Made by a program: the position numbers and the translations under genes. Below the pieces are notes generated by a model. That model had not been told where the DNA came from, searched no databases, and saw only the letters and a program-made list of their open reading frames with translations. A stretch of DNA of 63,244 nucleotides, counting the filler, from Blastocystis sp. subtype 4 (Eukaryota), in NCBI RefSeq assembly GCF_000743755.1. It is 8 parts of 8 records of this genome, joined end to end, with 100 filler letters (N's around TTAATTAATTAA, not from the genome) between each part and the next. Parts side by side here need not be neighbours in the genome. Positions count along the whole stretch, not along the records: positions 1 to 10,311 come from NW_014569119.1; positions 10,412 to 19,868 come from NW_014569118.1; 6 more parts are not named here. The stretch is one strand, 5' to 3'. This document shows positions 1-10,642 of this stretch, piece by piece (the stretch's first letter is position 1; every line of letters starts with the position of its first letter).

Positions 1-791
1 TTCCATTGCATGCATTGATAGTCAGCTCAGAACTGTCTCCATTACACATCATCCAAGGGACATGTAAATCAAGGGATTCTGCGAATTCTCCACACCAAGT
101 AATATACTCCTTATCTCCATTCCACAGTTCATTTTCAATCTGAGAGAAGATGATAGGACCTCCTCTATCAGCAAAGAAGTCACGAGTGTAATCAGTGAGC
201 ACTTTCATCCACTGACCCANNNNTTATTAGCTCGAAGACGAACACCTTCCAAATAGTTCATCCAAACTGGAATACCACCATTATCCCATTCAGCACAGAC
301 ATATCTAGAAGTAATTCAAAGAGAGAACAACAAACGGTCCGATTCGCATGTTCACAAACAATCCTCGCTCAGCACATTTCGAAAGAAAGAGACGAAGATC
401 AGCATTTCCACCCCAATAATATTCACCCTGAACAGGCTCATGGAGATTCCAGAAAGTGTAAATCTGAATCAAATTCAGTCCATCTGCAACAGCCTGGTCA
501 AGAACATCATCCCACATCTCTATAACCTAAGATATCCAATTCAGCAATACCTGGAGTAGCACGAGGATAGTGAATCGACCCACCAAGAAATAGACTACGC
601 TTTCCATTCAACAAGAATGATCTCTTATCGTAGCTTACTGTATAGGGTTTTCCTTTGAAGTCAGTATACGAAAGGAAATCAGGTTTCGACTGGACCTGAA
701 CAGCAGCAGCAATAGCTAGCAAGAATAGTATACGAAAAAAGTGAGATATCCAAATGATAGCTCGATAGAACTGTATTATGGAGCAAAGCAC
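1..791 (-). CDS. Beta-galactosidase, glycoside hydrolase family 35 (5' part; continues beyond window start)
   Basis: Spliced translation [36 protein letters not shown]...[16 protein letters not shown]...RIGP...CAEWDNGG...[11 protein letters not shown] matches GH35 motifs; 31-nt GT-AG intron at 520-550; hydrophobic signal-like segment; true start codon uncertain. Confidence 0.92.
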
Positions 792-874
792 ATATTATAC
801 AGCAATTAATACTTATTAGCTTCGGATACTCTGCTTTAGATTCATCCGTTTGCCCCTCAATTGTGTTCTATTAG

Positions 875-3505
875 ATGGTTTGTTTATTTCACAGATTACA
901 CACAAACAGGAACTCCTCCCAATAGGAAATAGGAGAAAGAGTATCTTCTTTATCAACAAGGATAGAACTGACAAATCCAAGTTTGAAGCGAAGTCCTGAA
1001 TCCATTAATCTTCAATTCAGCTCCAAGGAATCGTTCTAACAAGAATCAACTCTAATGATCAACAAATAATGTTAATCCATATATCATGATCTATAGAATG
1101 TACAAAGATACCAAAATCAAAGAAAGGACTTCCACATAATCACTTTGGTTCTTGATACTTGGTAGATTGACGTTATTTTCTTCCAATAACCAGGAATGTC
1201 AATCCGAAACGACACTTGGGCTTCGGTTTCATATACGATTTGTGCAAGTGAGAAAAGAAGTGGTTTTCAAGGAATAGAATCGAATATATTCCTCGATTAC
1301 ATTTCATTGAGGATCGATGAGACAACCGGACTTCCGTTTGTCAGTAAGAAGTATCCAAAGTAGTTTGTTTTGTATATTGAAGATTTAGTGAATACAAGGA
1401 ACTAGAAAGGATTCGAGAAGGTGATGTAGTGTTTTGTCTTAATGGTACTTCTGTTTATGGTAGTTTATGGAAAGATGTTTACTTCTCGAATACAATCGAG
1501 ATTGATCAACAGAAAGTGTTATTAAGCAGTTTGTTGGAAACTACAAAGCGTTTTTCCCTTCGTCTATTGGATTTGAAGGAGTTTATGTTGGAAGAATTCA
1601 TTGAAATGAGTTATAGAGAAAAGGGTGTTCCTCGAATCGAGCAAGTGATTCTTCCTGATCTGAAGGTGAATCTTCGTATCGGTACATTTTCATCTAGTTT
1701 ATCAGCATGTATTGTTTCTATTTCTTCGTAAGAGTTGTTTGGTGAAAGTGAATCAGAAAGGAGTTTTCTTCAATTGTTGGTTCTGCATTATTAGCTATCA
1801 ATGATGAAGTTGTTGTGAATAAGACGGCTGAATCGATTCTTCTTCTCTTAGAAGAGGTATGTTCTTGAAATCGCTGTGACTTGAAGGTACAACCTCCTTT
1901 CGTTCTTTTGATCAGTTGTCCGTATCAGAAATCGCGCATCACTCCCAGTGAGATCATTGAGTATATGTCTCATAATGGTTATCTCACAATGACTCCTTCA
2001 ACCTTTCAAGATATAGACAAGTCCTATTCCATCCCATCTGACTCTTTTAACCAGGAGGATCTTCCTCAGAAACGATTAGCTCAATCATTTCTTCGTCAAA
2101 TCGATTACACCAAGCGTCCTTATGGTGTGGATGCTTATATGTTTCCTCAATCCCAAGGGTATGCGATTCTTGAGAAGCAATGGATCCAGTAAGATTTCTT
2201 GACTATTTCTGAGCTTTAGAACCAATACGTTGAAGTGGAATCGAAATAAGACTTTATGGAAGAGTTTCCTACATGGAATAGGAGGTGTTCAGCACTTGTC
2301 TTTTGGATGGACTCGTCAGTCAGGCAGTCCTTGGGGTTATGGAGTGACTGGAGATAGTCGAAAACGTCATACATTGCGAGGATTAATTCGAGAGGGAGTA
2401 AATGAAAAGAGAGTGAGTAATCTGTAGATTCCTTTTGATTTGAGACCGAATGTTTGGTTTTATCTTAGTGGAGGATGGGAGTTACGTCGACGATCTGTGA
2501 ATTCATATCAACAACTCTGGCAATCTCAAAATGACTCACAACTCAAGTCATTAATCAATCATGTTTCTTTATAGAAGGAGTTTCACTTGTAGGACATTCC
2601 ACGAACATTTCCAACTCATCCATTATTCTCTTCTGGTATGTATTATCGAAGCAAACAAGATGAAGACATCAATTCTCATGAGGATCAACAGAAGGTTCCT
2701 AATATGGTTCAGAATACTCCTAGTATGAGTCAGAATACAACTCAAATAGAAGAAGAAGCTCCGTTCACAGAGTCTTTACGACGGATTCTATTAGCAATTA
2801 GTGTAGTTCGAGAAGACATTCAGTATTGTCAGGGAATGAATCTTCTAGGTGGTCTCTTGTTAATTGTGATTATGGAAGAAGAGAAGGCATTTTGGACTCT
2901 GGCTGCAATTCTCCAATATGTGTTTCCTGTAGGGTATTTCGACACTACTCTTAGTGGAGCTCGAGTAGATGAAGTAGGATATAGAGAAGTGATTCACATT
3001 TCAGGCGATCTTTGAAGATATTGTTCAGGAACGCTATCCTGATCTTTATGCTCGTATTCAGAATGTGGATTCCAAACTATTATCTCTTTCTCTCTCCTGG
3101 TTCATGACTCTCTTCATCAATTCCATGCCTGTAACATCTGTAGTGCGAATATGGGATGTAATTCTTATGGAGGGAGATAAGTGTTTGTTAAGGTTTGCTT
3201 TAGCACTTCTGGATCTTCATAAGGAAGAGTTGATGAAGATAGAAGATGATGTGATGTTTGCTGCTCGGTTCAGGTGTGTATTTGGAGAATGAATAAGAAT
3301 TAGACAAATTGGAATACTTCAGTTTGATATTGACTCTTTGTTTACTACAGCATATCGTAAACGAAGTGTACTATTGGGAGAAAGTTCCTTCTTTCCATAT
3401 ACACGAAAGCAATTAGAACAGTTACGTCGAAATAAACGAAATGTAATTCAGAATGTTTCTAAACAATGTATCTCAATTCATGTGATTGATAGTGATGAAG
3501 AATAG
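875..3505 (+). CDS. TBC-domain Rab GTPase-activating protein (multi-exon)
   Basis: LRGLIREG/IPFDLRPNVWFYLSGG, DIPRTFP, YCQGMNLLGG, WFMTLF, VVRIWDVILMEG are TBC motifs; ~30-nt introns; 5' end uncertain. Confidence 0.88.
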
Positions 3506-3568
3506 TGGTGTGAAGTTGTTTGTAATTAAGAAAGAGAGATACTAAAGACACCGAATCGTACTGATTCT

Positions 3569-6500
3569 TCATTCATGCTGGACTCTCCTTCGTGTAATAT
3601 CTGAGAGAGACTCCATAGTATGTTCAAACCAATTTAGATTTGAGTTATTCTCCTGTAGTAATCCCTATATCTTACTACCATATTGTATTCCTACATTCAT
3701 AAAGCTTTCCTTCTCGTTCACAGACAATACTTTCTCAGGAATTGCATCAATTGCTCGAGCCACACTTTGAATGAAGAAATCCCTGAAGCAATCAAAGAGA
3801 TCATACAATACTGAGATTACTGACACATTGGAGTCATGTAATCGANATCTATCTAACATTCCTCTCATATCTCCTACTAGCTGACTGACTAGTTCTTGAC
3901 CACAGACACTCAATACATTCCACACGTCGGCTCGATATGAAGCCACATTCACAGCCAGTTCTCCTTCTTCAAGTTGAACCTCCTGTCCATATGTAGCCAG
4001 TGTTTCAAGGAACCTCATCACACTGTTATTGGCTTCACGATGTTGAAGTTGAATTCCTGGTAATGCTGCTTCCGTAATATGTAGTACCATATCGCCTGTT
4101 CTGAAGAGAACTTCAGGGATATTTTGAAGTGATCGACCACACAAATCATAGAAATCTTCCACCAGATTCGGATTTTGGATGTAAGCTTCTGGTGAGACAG
4201 AGAGGAGTGTAAGAGTAGAATCACAAAACACAGAAAGAATATGAAGAACAAGGTCATGACATCTATCTATCATATCTACTCATCTTATTTACTGTTGATA
4301 GCATCCATATTCACCAATCAACACACTACCACAGTATATGTAACTCCCGATATGTGACTTGGCATATCCTGTTAGAATGAGTTCTGTGGTGGCAGGTAAT
4401 AATATCAAATATGCATCTCGATCAAGTCGCATGAAATACTTGAAGAAACGACACATTGCTTCTGCTACATGTCTATTCATTGTTCATCATCTGTTGTCCT
4501 ACTCATCAGATCCTAACTGACTAACCAGCTCTATGAAGAATTGCCAATTTCTATTGAAATAGGCACAGATGTCTTGTGTAGCTGTAGTCATGCTTCGAGA
4601 CACAGAGAAACGAATAATAACCTATGAATGAACCAATCTGAACATATTTACAGTCAAAAGATGGAGAATCGCAGTCAGTCTCTCACTCCGAGACTCCTCT
4701 TGATTCTGTAAGATAATTTGGGCTTCTTGAAGCTGATGATCGAGATATTGTTGTCGGATCATAGATGCTTGCTCTGAAGGAAGTCGTTTCATCACCAAAC
4801 AAAGTCCTTCCATCATCTTCATATCATCACTGGGAGATATTCCTACTGTACACTGGTTACTTGAATGCATTGTTGAGGGAATGACAATGTGCTGTTGGAG
4901 AATACGATCTATGCCTCATTCCCTTTCCTTGTCCTTACTGGCAAATTCAGGATTCTGAAGAATCAGTTGACCACCTTCTTTACAGACACTTCGGAATAGA
5001 TCAACAGCAGCATTCTGTAGAGAAGGATCTGTCATCTTTTCGTAGCAGAAGACAAGCATACGATCCATCACACTGAGATCAGTACATAAAAGTGTGCAGT
5101 AACTACTCAATAACAAGAGGGATGTGTTTGCCAATTCACTGATCGAAGGCAAGGCAAAGATTGCATTCACCATCTACGTTCTAATTCTCCCCCACATCTA
5201 CTTGTAACACACTGTTGCGATTAGCTTCATAAGGAACACCAAGAAGTTTCAAGGCATGCAACAGACTTTCGGTTTGCATCCATTGGGATTGTTGTGTTTC
5301 TGGATGCTGAATTAGCTGGATGTGAACATATCAGTGAATCCTACCAGCGAAGCTGCTTGAAGGAAAAGGACATGCATGTAATCAAACACATCATTTCCAT
5401 GCAACAATTGATGACACTCCACAATCACATCCTATGAATCATACTCTTCTCCAACACAGACTCCAATGGCACGACGTTGCTTCTTGAATTCATGTCGATC
5501 CTCAGAGGACATGGCTTGTGAATTCTATAGTGAAAGAATCTCCTAGGACCTACTTCCGGAAAAACAAGATGAGGAAGAGAAGCATCGATAAGTTGTCGTA
5601 GCAACAGATAGACAGGAGAGTTGGCATCAGGAGGTGATAGTACAGTGAGAAGATCCAACCAGAAATCAACACAAAGCTCAGCAATATCCATAGAAGGGAA
5701 TGAATAGAGTGTGAGAAGTGTTTGAAGGAGTTCGTCTTTCAGAGTGTTACTATCATCCATTACAGGAAGAATGTAATCATTGCCCAACTGGATAAAGATC
5801 AAAACGATTCGTTTACACATCTCATAGTCACATGTTGATATTGCCTCTTCTGCTAATGGTTTCATATGAGCAATCTGAGGAATCACAATGTCAATCACAG
5901 CTTTATGTTGAGGGAGAACAAAGTACCTTGTATTCAGACTAAACAATAGAACATACCACCGTAATACTTCACTCAGAGCATCACTACAAACTTCAAAGAG
6001 ACTAGGAGTATGGATTGCCTGATTCTCAATTCCTTCATCCATTTATACTTGAAATAGAGCTGGAAGCAATGAAGTAGATGCCAATTCCTCTGCTTTGAAA
6101 CATCCTAATGAAACCCAAGCTTGGAAACAGGAGAATATCCTTTCCTATTCTGAATCCTTCCCTTCATTCCTACTACCATCTGTTCATCTTGAGGATAAGA
6201 AGAGAGAAGACTATTCATGTATTGGAGTACATCGGAAGAACTCTGTTCCATATCATGAATCTTCGCTTCTCGTTGTTCTTCAAAGATAGGCATCTATTCA
6301 TCAAAGACGACAACACTCCTTACTCGTTTGCTTTTCACTTCAATTGGAAGCATGCTGAGCACGTTCAGAAGCATGTACTCATTTCCACTGGCTCCAATGT
6401 TCTGAACAGTAACAGCAACAATATTCTTAAGGTCACTCCATCGCAATAGCAAGGTTGCAATGTCCAGACAAATCTCATTTCGCACTGTTGACCGATTGTC

Positions 6501-6850
6501 CTTATATTGTCGTGCAACTGCAAATAACATGTCAAATAACTGCTGGATCTGATCCTGAGATAGTTCATTAAAGTCATATCGGATCTTCCTATACCCCTAA
6601 TTTCCTCCTTATTCATACATACGTACAAATTGTATGTGCTCCAAAGAATACATATGTAGTGTTTGTTTCCTTCAAAAGTTCAGAAGCCATCTCCCAAGCA
6701 ACTTGTTGACGTTGAAATTTTTGCAACCATATGTTCGCACTACTCTGGGTTTGTTGGTCCCTGGAATAGTAAAACAGCTATCACTCACACAACACAAGTT
6801 CTGTTTACATCGATTGCTTGCTTCACATCCGATATTCTGTCGAACTGCAT
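3569..6850 (-). CDS. TNPO3: Transportin-SR/Mtr10 (importin-beta family)
   Basis: Spliced N-terminus MQFDRISDVKQAIDLFYYSRDQQTQSSANIWLQKFQRQQVAWE...FFGAHTI..KIRYDF; C-terminal NPNLVEDFYDLCGR and LQHREANNSVMRFL typical of TNPO3; importin-13 not excluded. Confidence 0.8.
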
Positions 6851-7436
6851 TGAGAATGAATTGAATTCTCGATGAATACTTCGTGGTTGACGAGAAACTG
6901 TGCATGAAAACCATCACCAAAATCGAGACGAATTATGGTATGGGATCCCCACTTCTCATCAAGAAGAAGAATCGTTGGAAGAGAGTTCGAGAGAAAGGGA
7001 AATGAAATGAGCTAGAATGTGATCATTTGGATTAGTACAGAGACAATTATCAAAAGTCTCCTCAATTGTGTTCTTCTTTTCATTTCCACTTTCAATACGA
7101 CAACATTTCTCGGTAATATCTGACCTGTTGATTGTATAGTTCGTGAACTCGCTTTCGTTTCTGTGAATTGTATATAAAGCATTCTGTTGGTCTTTCGAGT
7201 CAAGAATGAAGTATATCGTGAGTAACGATGTATTGAGTTTTCGAGTCCCTCGAAGCAAGAGTGGTTTATTCGGCGGCATCCAATAATTTCTCAGGAAAAA
7301 CTAGTTCTCGAATGATTGAATTAGGGTGGAATCAGGAATTGTATTAGAATGAGTATAAATGAAGAATTGATATTCGGAAGTGAACCCTATTTCTGGTGAG
7401 AGGAGTCATAATAGTTTTGGTTATTCCCTTAGCACC

Positions 7437-8438
7437 ATGGGTAAGAAGCAGGATCGTCGTCTCACTTTCTGGCAGAACTTCATTGCTGGAGGTATTGCTG
7501 GAGTTGGTTCTCGTACTTTCACGTCTCCTCTGGATGTGGTAAAGATTATTGCTCAGGTGGGTTCAAAGCAGCACACTGGTTTCATTGGAACTTTCAAGAA
7601 CATTTATCGTCAGGAAGGAATGAAGGGTTTCTGGAAGGGTAATGGTGTTGCTTGTCTTCGTCTGTTCCCATATTCTGCTATTAACTTCGCTGCTTTCGGA
7701 GAGATGAAGAAGATGCTTTTGGATCCTGAGACTGGAAGACTGTCTAACTGGAACTCTTTGGTTGCTGGAGCTGTTGCTGGAGTGATTGCTACAGTTGCTG
7801 TGTATCCTTTGGATATGGTGAAGACTCGTTTGACTGTGCAGGTTGATGGTGAGTTGAAGTACAAGGGTATCATCGATGCTTTCCGTGTGATTTTCAAGGA
7901 GGAGGGTTTCTTTGCTTTCTACAAGGGTATGACTGCTTCTATTCTTGGTGTGATTCCCTTTGGAGGTTTGACTTTCATGTCTTATGAGATTCTTGCTTAT
8001 GTGTGGGGTAAGCCTCGTTCTGAGTTGAATGGTTTCGAGAACTTCATCAATGGTTGTTTGGCTGGTTCGATTGCTCAGACTGTATCCTTCCCATTCGATA
8101 CTCTTCGTAAGAAGATGCAGGCTCAGAACAAGAAGGCTTTGACTTCAGATGTGGATGTTGAGTTCAACGGTCTGTGGGATTGTGCTTGCAAGACTGTAAA
8201 GAAGAACGGTATTCTTGGTTTGTGGAGAGGAACTCTGGCTAATCTTGCCAAGGTGGCTCCTTATGCTGGATTGATGTTCTTCTTCAATGAGATTTGCAAG
8301 AACTATTATCTGTACAAGAATGGTTACACTGTATCTCCTTGGACACCTACTCCTAAGGAAGGCGTTGATCAGAGTTGGTCCATTGATGAGTGCAGAGCAT
8401 ACTATGCTAGTCTTGAGAACAAGAAGACCGAGGAATAA
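7437..8438 (+). CDS. SLC25A43: Mitochondrial carrier family protein, SLC25A43-like (intronless)
   Basis: Three PxDxxK/R repeats; WKGNGVACLRLFPYSA, RKKMQAQ..DVDVEFNG and LYKNGY..SP...GVDQS recall SLC25A43-specific segments. Confidence 0.88.
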   Translation: MGKKQDRRLTFWQNFIAGGIAGVGSRTFTSPLDVVKIIAQVGSKQHTGFIGTFKNIYRQEGMKGFWKGNGVACLRLFPYSAINFAAFGEMKKMLLDPETGRLSNWNSLVAGAVAGVIATVAVYPLDMVKTRLTVQVDGELKYKGIIDAFRVIFKEEGFFAFYKGMTASILGVIPFGGLTFMSYEILAYVWGKPRSELNGFENFINGCLAGSIAQTVSFPFDTLRKKMQAQNKKALTSDVDVEFNGLWDCACKTVKKNGILGLWRGTLANLAKVAPYAGLMFFFNEICKNYYLYKNGYTVSPWTPTPKEGVDQSWSIDECRAYYASLENKKTEE

Positions 8439-8575
8439 GTAATTTAGTTTTGTTGTAACGCAATGAGTTAAGAACTAACTCTTCTTTTGTTTGTTTGAAT
8501 CCTGACCGTTTCTTTTCTTCTTTTTGATTGACACCTTACACTATTTGTCGTTCGAGTTATTTCTCGTATTCTCTT

Positions 8576-9464
8576 ATGACTGATATTGAGTGTCCTGCAG
8601 GTAATTTAACCAAATCTTCTTGACACTAGATTCCATCCCTGATATCCAACATTATCATATTGATTCTGATGTAATCAGTCAGAAAGCTTATTATATTTGG
8701 AAACGATACGGAAATGCTGATGCGGTTTGACAACTTCTCTTCTTTCATTGTAGAAAGCCAACTATTATCTTGCAGAGAAGGAGATACGAATGGAATCACG
8801 ACTTGAAGAGGTGTTTCGATTACTTGACAATGAGGGACGAGGAGAATGTTCATTTCGGCAACTTCTCGCGTTTGGAGACTTTATTGGAGTCGAATGGACA
8901 TTGCTCTACTTACGGGAGGCATTTAACCTATTTGAGGCTTCCGAAGAGGCTATCATCAATCTATCTCAATTCCTTCGGTTTACCGTAAGTGAATTGAATG
9001 GTCTTGATATCCTTTGACCACTTTTCTATGGAACTTTGACTACACATTTACAATTGTTCAACTATGTAGTGGAAGGATTCATCATTTTCACCGGATTTGA
9101 CTATAGAATCCAAGAGGAACTCCAAAACTGCTTCGTTTCAATGCCCTCCTATAAGATCTACACTGTCAGCATTAGTGACTTTCTCTATCTTGCCGAAGTA
9201 CAGCTGATTTCGATACCTAATACATAGTATTTGGCTCCAGAAAAAGATCGGAGTTTTCATCTACGAGTGCTTTCTGTGATTGATGTAACTTCTCGTCCAA
9301 CAACTGAGTTGTAGAGTACTCGCGATGGATATATCACCAAATTCGAGTTCTTTACACTTCTTGCCTTGCTTTTACCTGTCCTATTCTCTTAACGATCTCA
9401 CTTCTAGAAATCCATCACTGCGCCTGAACTGGTTCGAAGAATGCAAAGGTACATCAACAAATGA
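8576..9464 (+). CDS. EF-hand protein of unknown function
   Basis: Spliced: FRLLDNEGRGECSFRQL and VIDSTRDGYITKFEF EF-hand-like loops; contains an AT-AC intron at 9007-9045. Confidence 0.7.
9007..9045 (+). other. U12-type (minor) AT-AC intron, 39 nt
   Basis: ATATCCTTTGACCACTTTTCTATGGAACTTTGACTACAC: U12 5' splice site ATATCCTT, branch-like CTTTGAC, AC end; removes an in-frame TGA and joins two same-frame ORFs (GL-D-LQLF); no AG between 9001 and 9067. Confidence 0.85.
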
Positions 9465-9499
9465 TCGAACATGTTCGTTACAAACAGACCATAAACGAA

Positions 9500-10122
9500 C
9501 TAAAATAGCTTCTTCCGAGTCTTTCCATCAACTACATACATACACTCCAATGGGATCTATAAGTTAGAAAATACAACATCCACAACATCATAAAGTTCAT
9601 TGCAAACATTGGCTAACTCCTGAACGACATCGCCCTGAACAGTGACTTCCATCATATTCTCTGCATTCTTTTCAGAAGAAGCTCCGCATGAGAACTTCTT
9701 GCCAAATGCCTTTGTTGCCGCCTTTATATCCACATCTACTCTTCAACTCTCTTCTCCATATCACACCAAATAATTCTAGACCACATACTGTAGTCATATG
9801 CTTATGCTTTTGTCGAGTCTTCACCGAAAACGTCAATTCCTTCTCCTTCTTCATTTTCTTTGGATCCTTCTTCTTAGGAGCTATTTTATAACACATAACA
9901 AAGTCTATTCTTACCAACTATATTCTCTCGAGCATTAATCGCAGCCAGTGTGGCTTCGGCCATTTCTTCGGTCACATCAAGTTCAGCAAGATCTGGATAC
10001 AAATCAAGATGGTTTTCCTTCAACCATGGTTTGCACAAGTCGAATTTCGCACCATATTCACAATATTCAGGAGGCATGCCACAAACAGGACATAGCTCCA
10101 CGTCTTTCAAAGTAGCGGACAT
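9500..10122 (-). CDS. DENR: Density-regulated protein DENR/Tma22 (SUI1 domain)
   Basis: CPVCGMPPEYCEYG..CKPWLKENH zinc motif; KHKHMTTVCGLELFG, FGKKFSCGA, VTVQGDV. Confidence 0.93.
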
Positions 10123-10311
10123 TATCAAGACAAATGTGAAGATGAATGATCCGAAGTAAATGGTATTCTATCAATCTATTGAAGTGGATGCGTAGAATGG
10201 TTTGGGATAGTTTGGAAGGTACTAAGAGGATAGAACAGAGAATTGACCTATTCATAGGACAATAACTATGGAAATGATATGCATATATTGAAACAGTCAA
10301 TCTTAATAGTA

Positions 10312-10411
10312 NNNNNNNNNNNNNNNNNNNNNNNNNNNNNNNNNNNNNNNNNNNNTTAATTAATTAANNNNNNNNNNNNNNNNNNNNNNNNNNNNNNNNN
10401 NNNNNNNNNNN
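10312..10411. other. Artificial contig-join linker (44N-TTAATTAATTAA-44N); same linker at 19869-19968, 26377-26476, 32830-32929, 39130-39229, 45451-45550, 56971-57070
   Basis: Identical 100-nt structure seven times; TTAATTAATTAA gives stops in all six frames. Confidence 0.97.
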
Positions 10412-10413
10412 AG

Positions 10414-10590
10414 GATCGTCGTGGACCTCGTGAGCATCATCATGGACCTCGTGAACATCGTGAACATCATCATGGACCTCGTGAACATCGTGGACCTCAT
10501 GATGAACATCGTGGACCTCGTGGACCTCGTCGCAATGAAAGAGCTCCTAAGGTGGATCTCAAGAACGAGAAGGCTTTCCCTAAGCTGTAA
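10414..10590 (+). CDS. C-terminal fragment of Stm1/SERBP1/HABP4-like ribosome/RNA-binding protein
   Basis: DRRGPREHHHGPREHREHHHGPREHRGPHDEHRGPRGPRRNERAPKVDLKNEKAFPKL*; the terminal APKVD...FPxL motif is typical of this family; frame differs from the listed ORF. Confidence 0.65.
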   Translation, partial: DRRGPREHHHGPREHREHHHGPREHRGPHDEHRGPRGPRRNERAPKVDLKNEKAFPKL

Positions 10591-10642
10591 TCATCTATCC
10601 TTTTAGGGTTGTTGTGTTTGTTAACGAATCAGTTCAAAACGA

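Noticed and set aside
3840..3860. Discontinuity in TNPO3 at a single N (similar at 220-223 and 51158-51190)
   Set aside because: Scaffolding gaps with missing sequence, not biological lesions
6959..7279. 106-aa ORF between TNPO3 and SLC25A43
   Set aside because: No recognisable motif or convincing spliced model; may be a divergent promoter or UTR
10312..10411. Repeated TTAATTAATTAA palindrome flanked by N runs (7 copies)
   Set aside because: Assembly linker with six-frame stops, not a biological repeat; adjacency across it is meaningless
10421..10606. Listed ORF MDLVSIIMDLVNIV...
   Set aside because: Alternative frame of the GPREH repeat; the other frame has the family C-terminal motif
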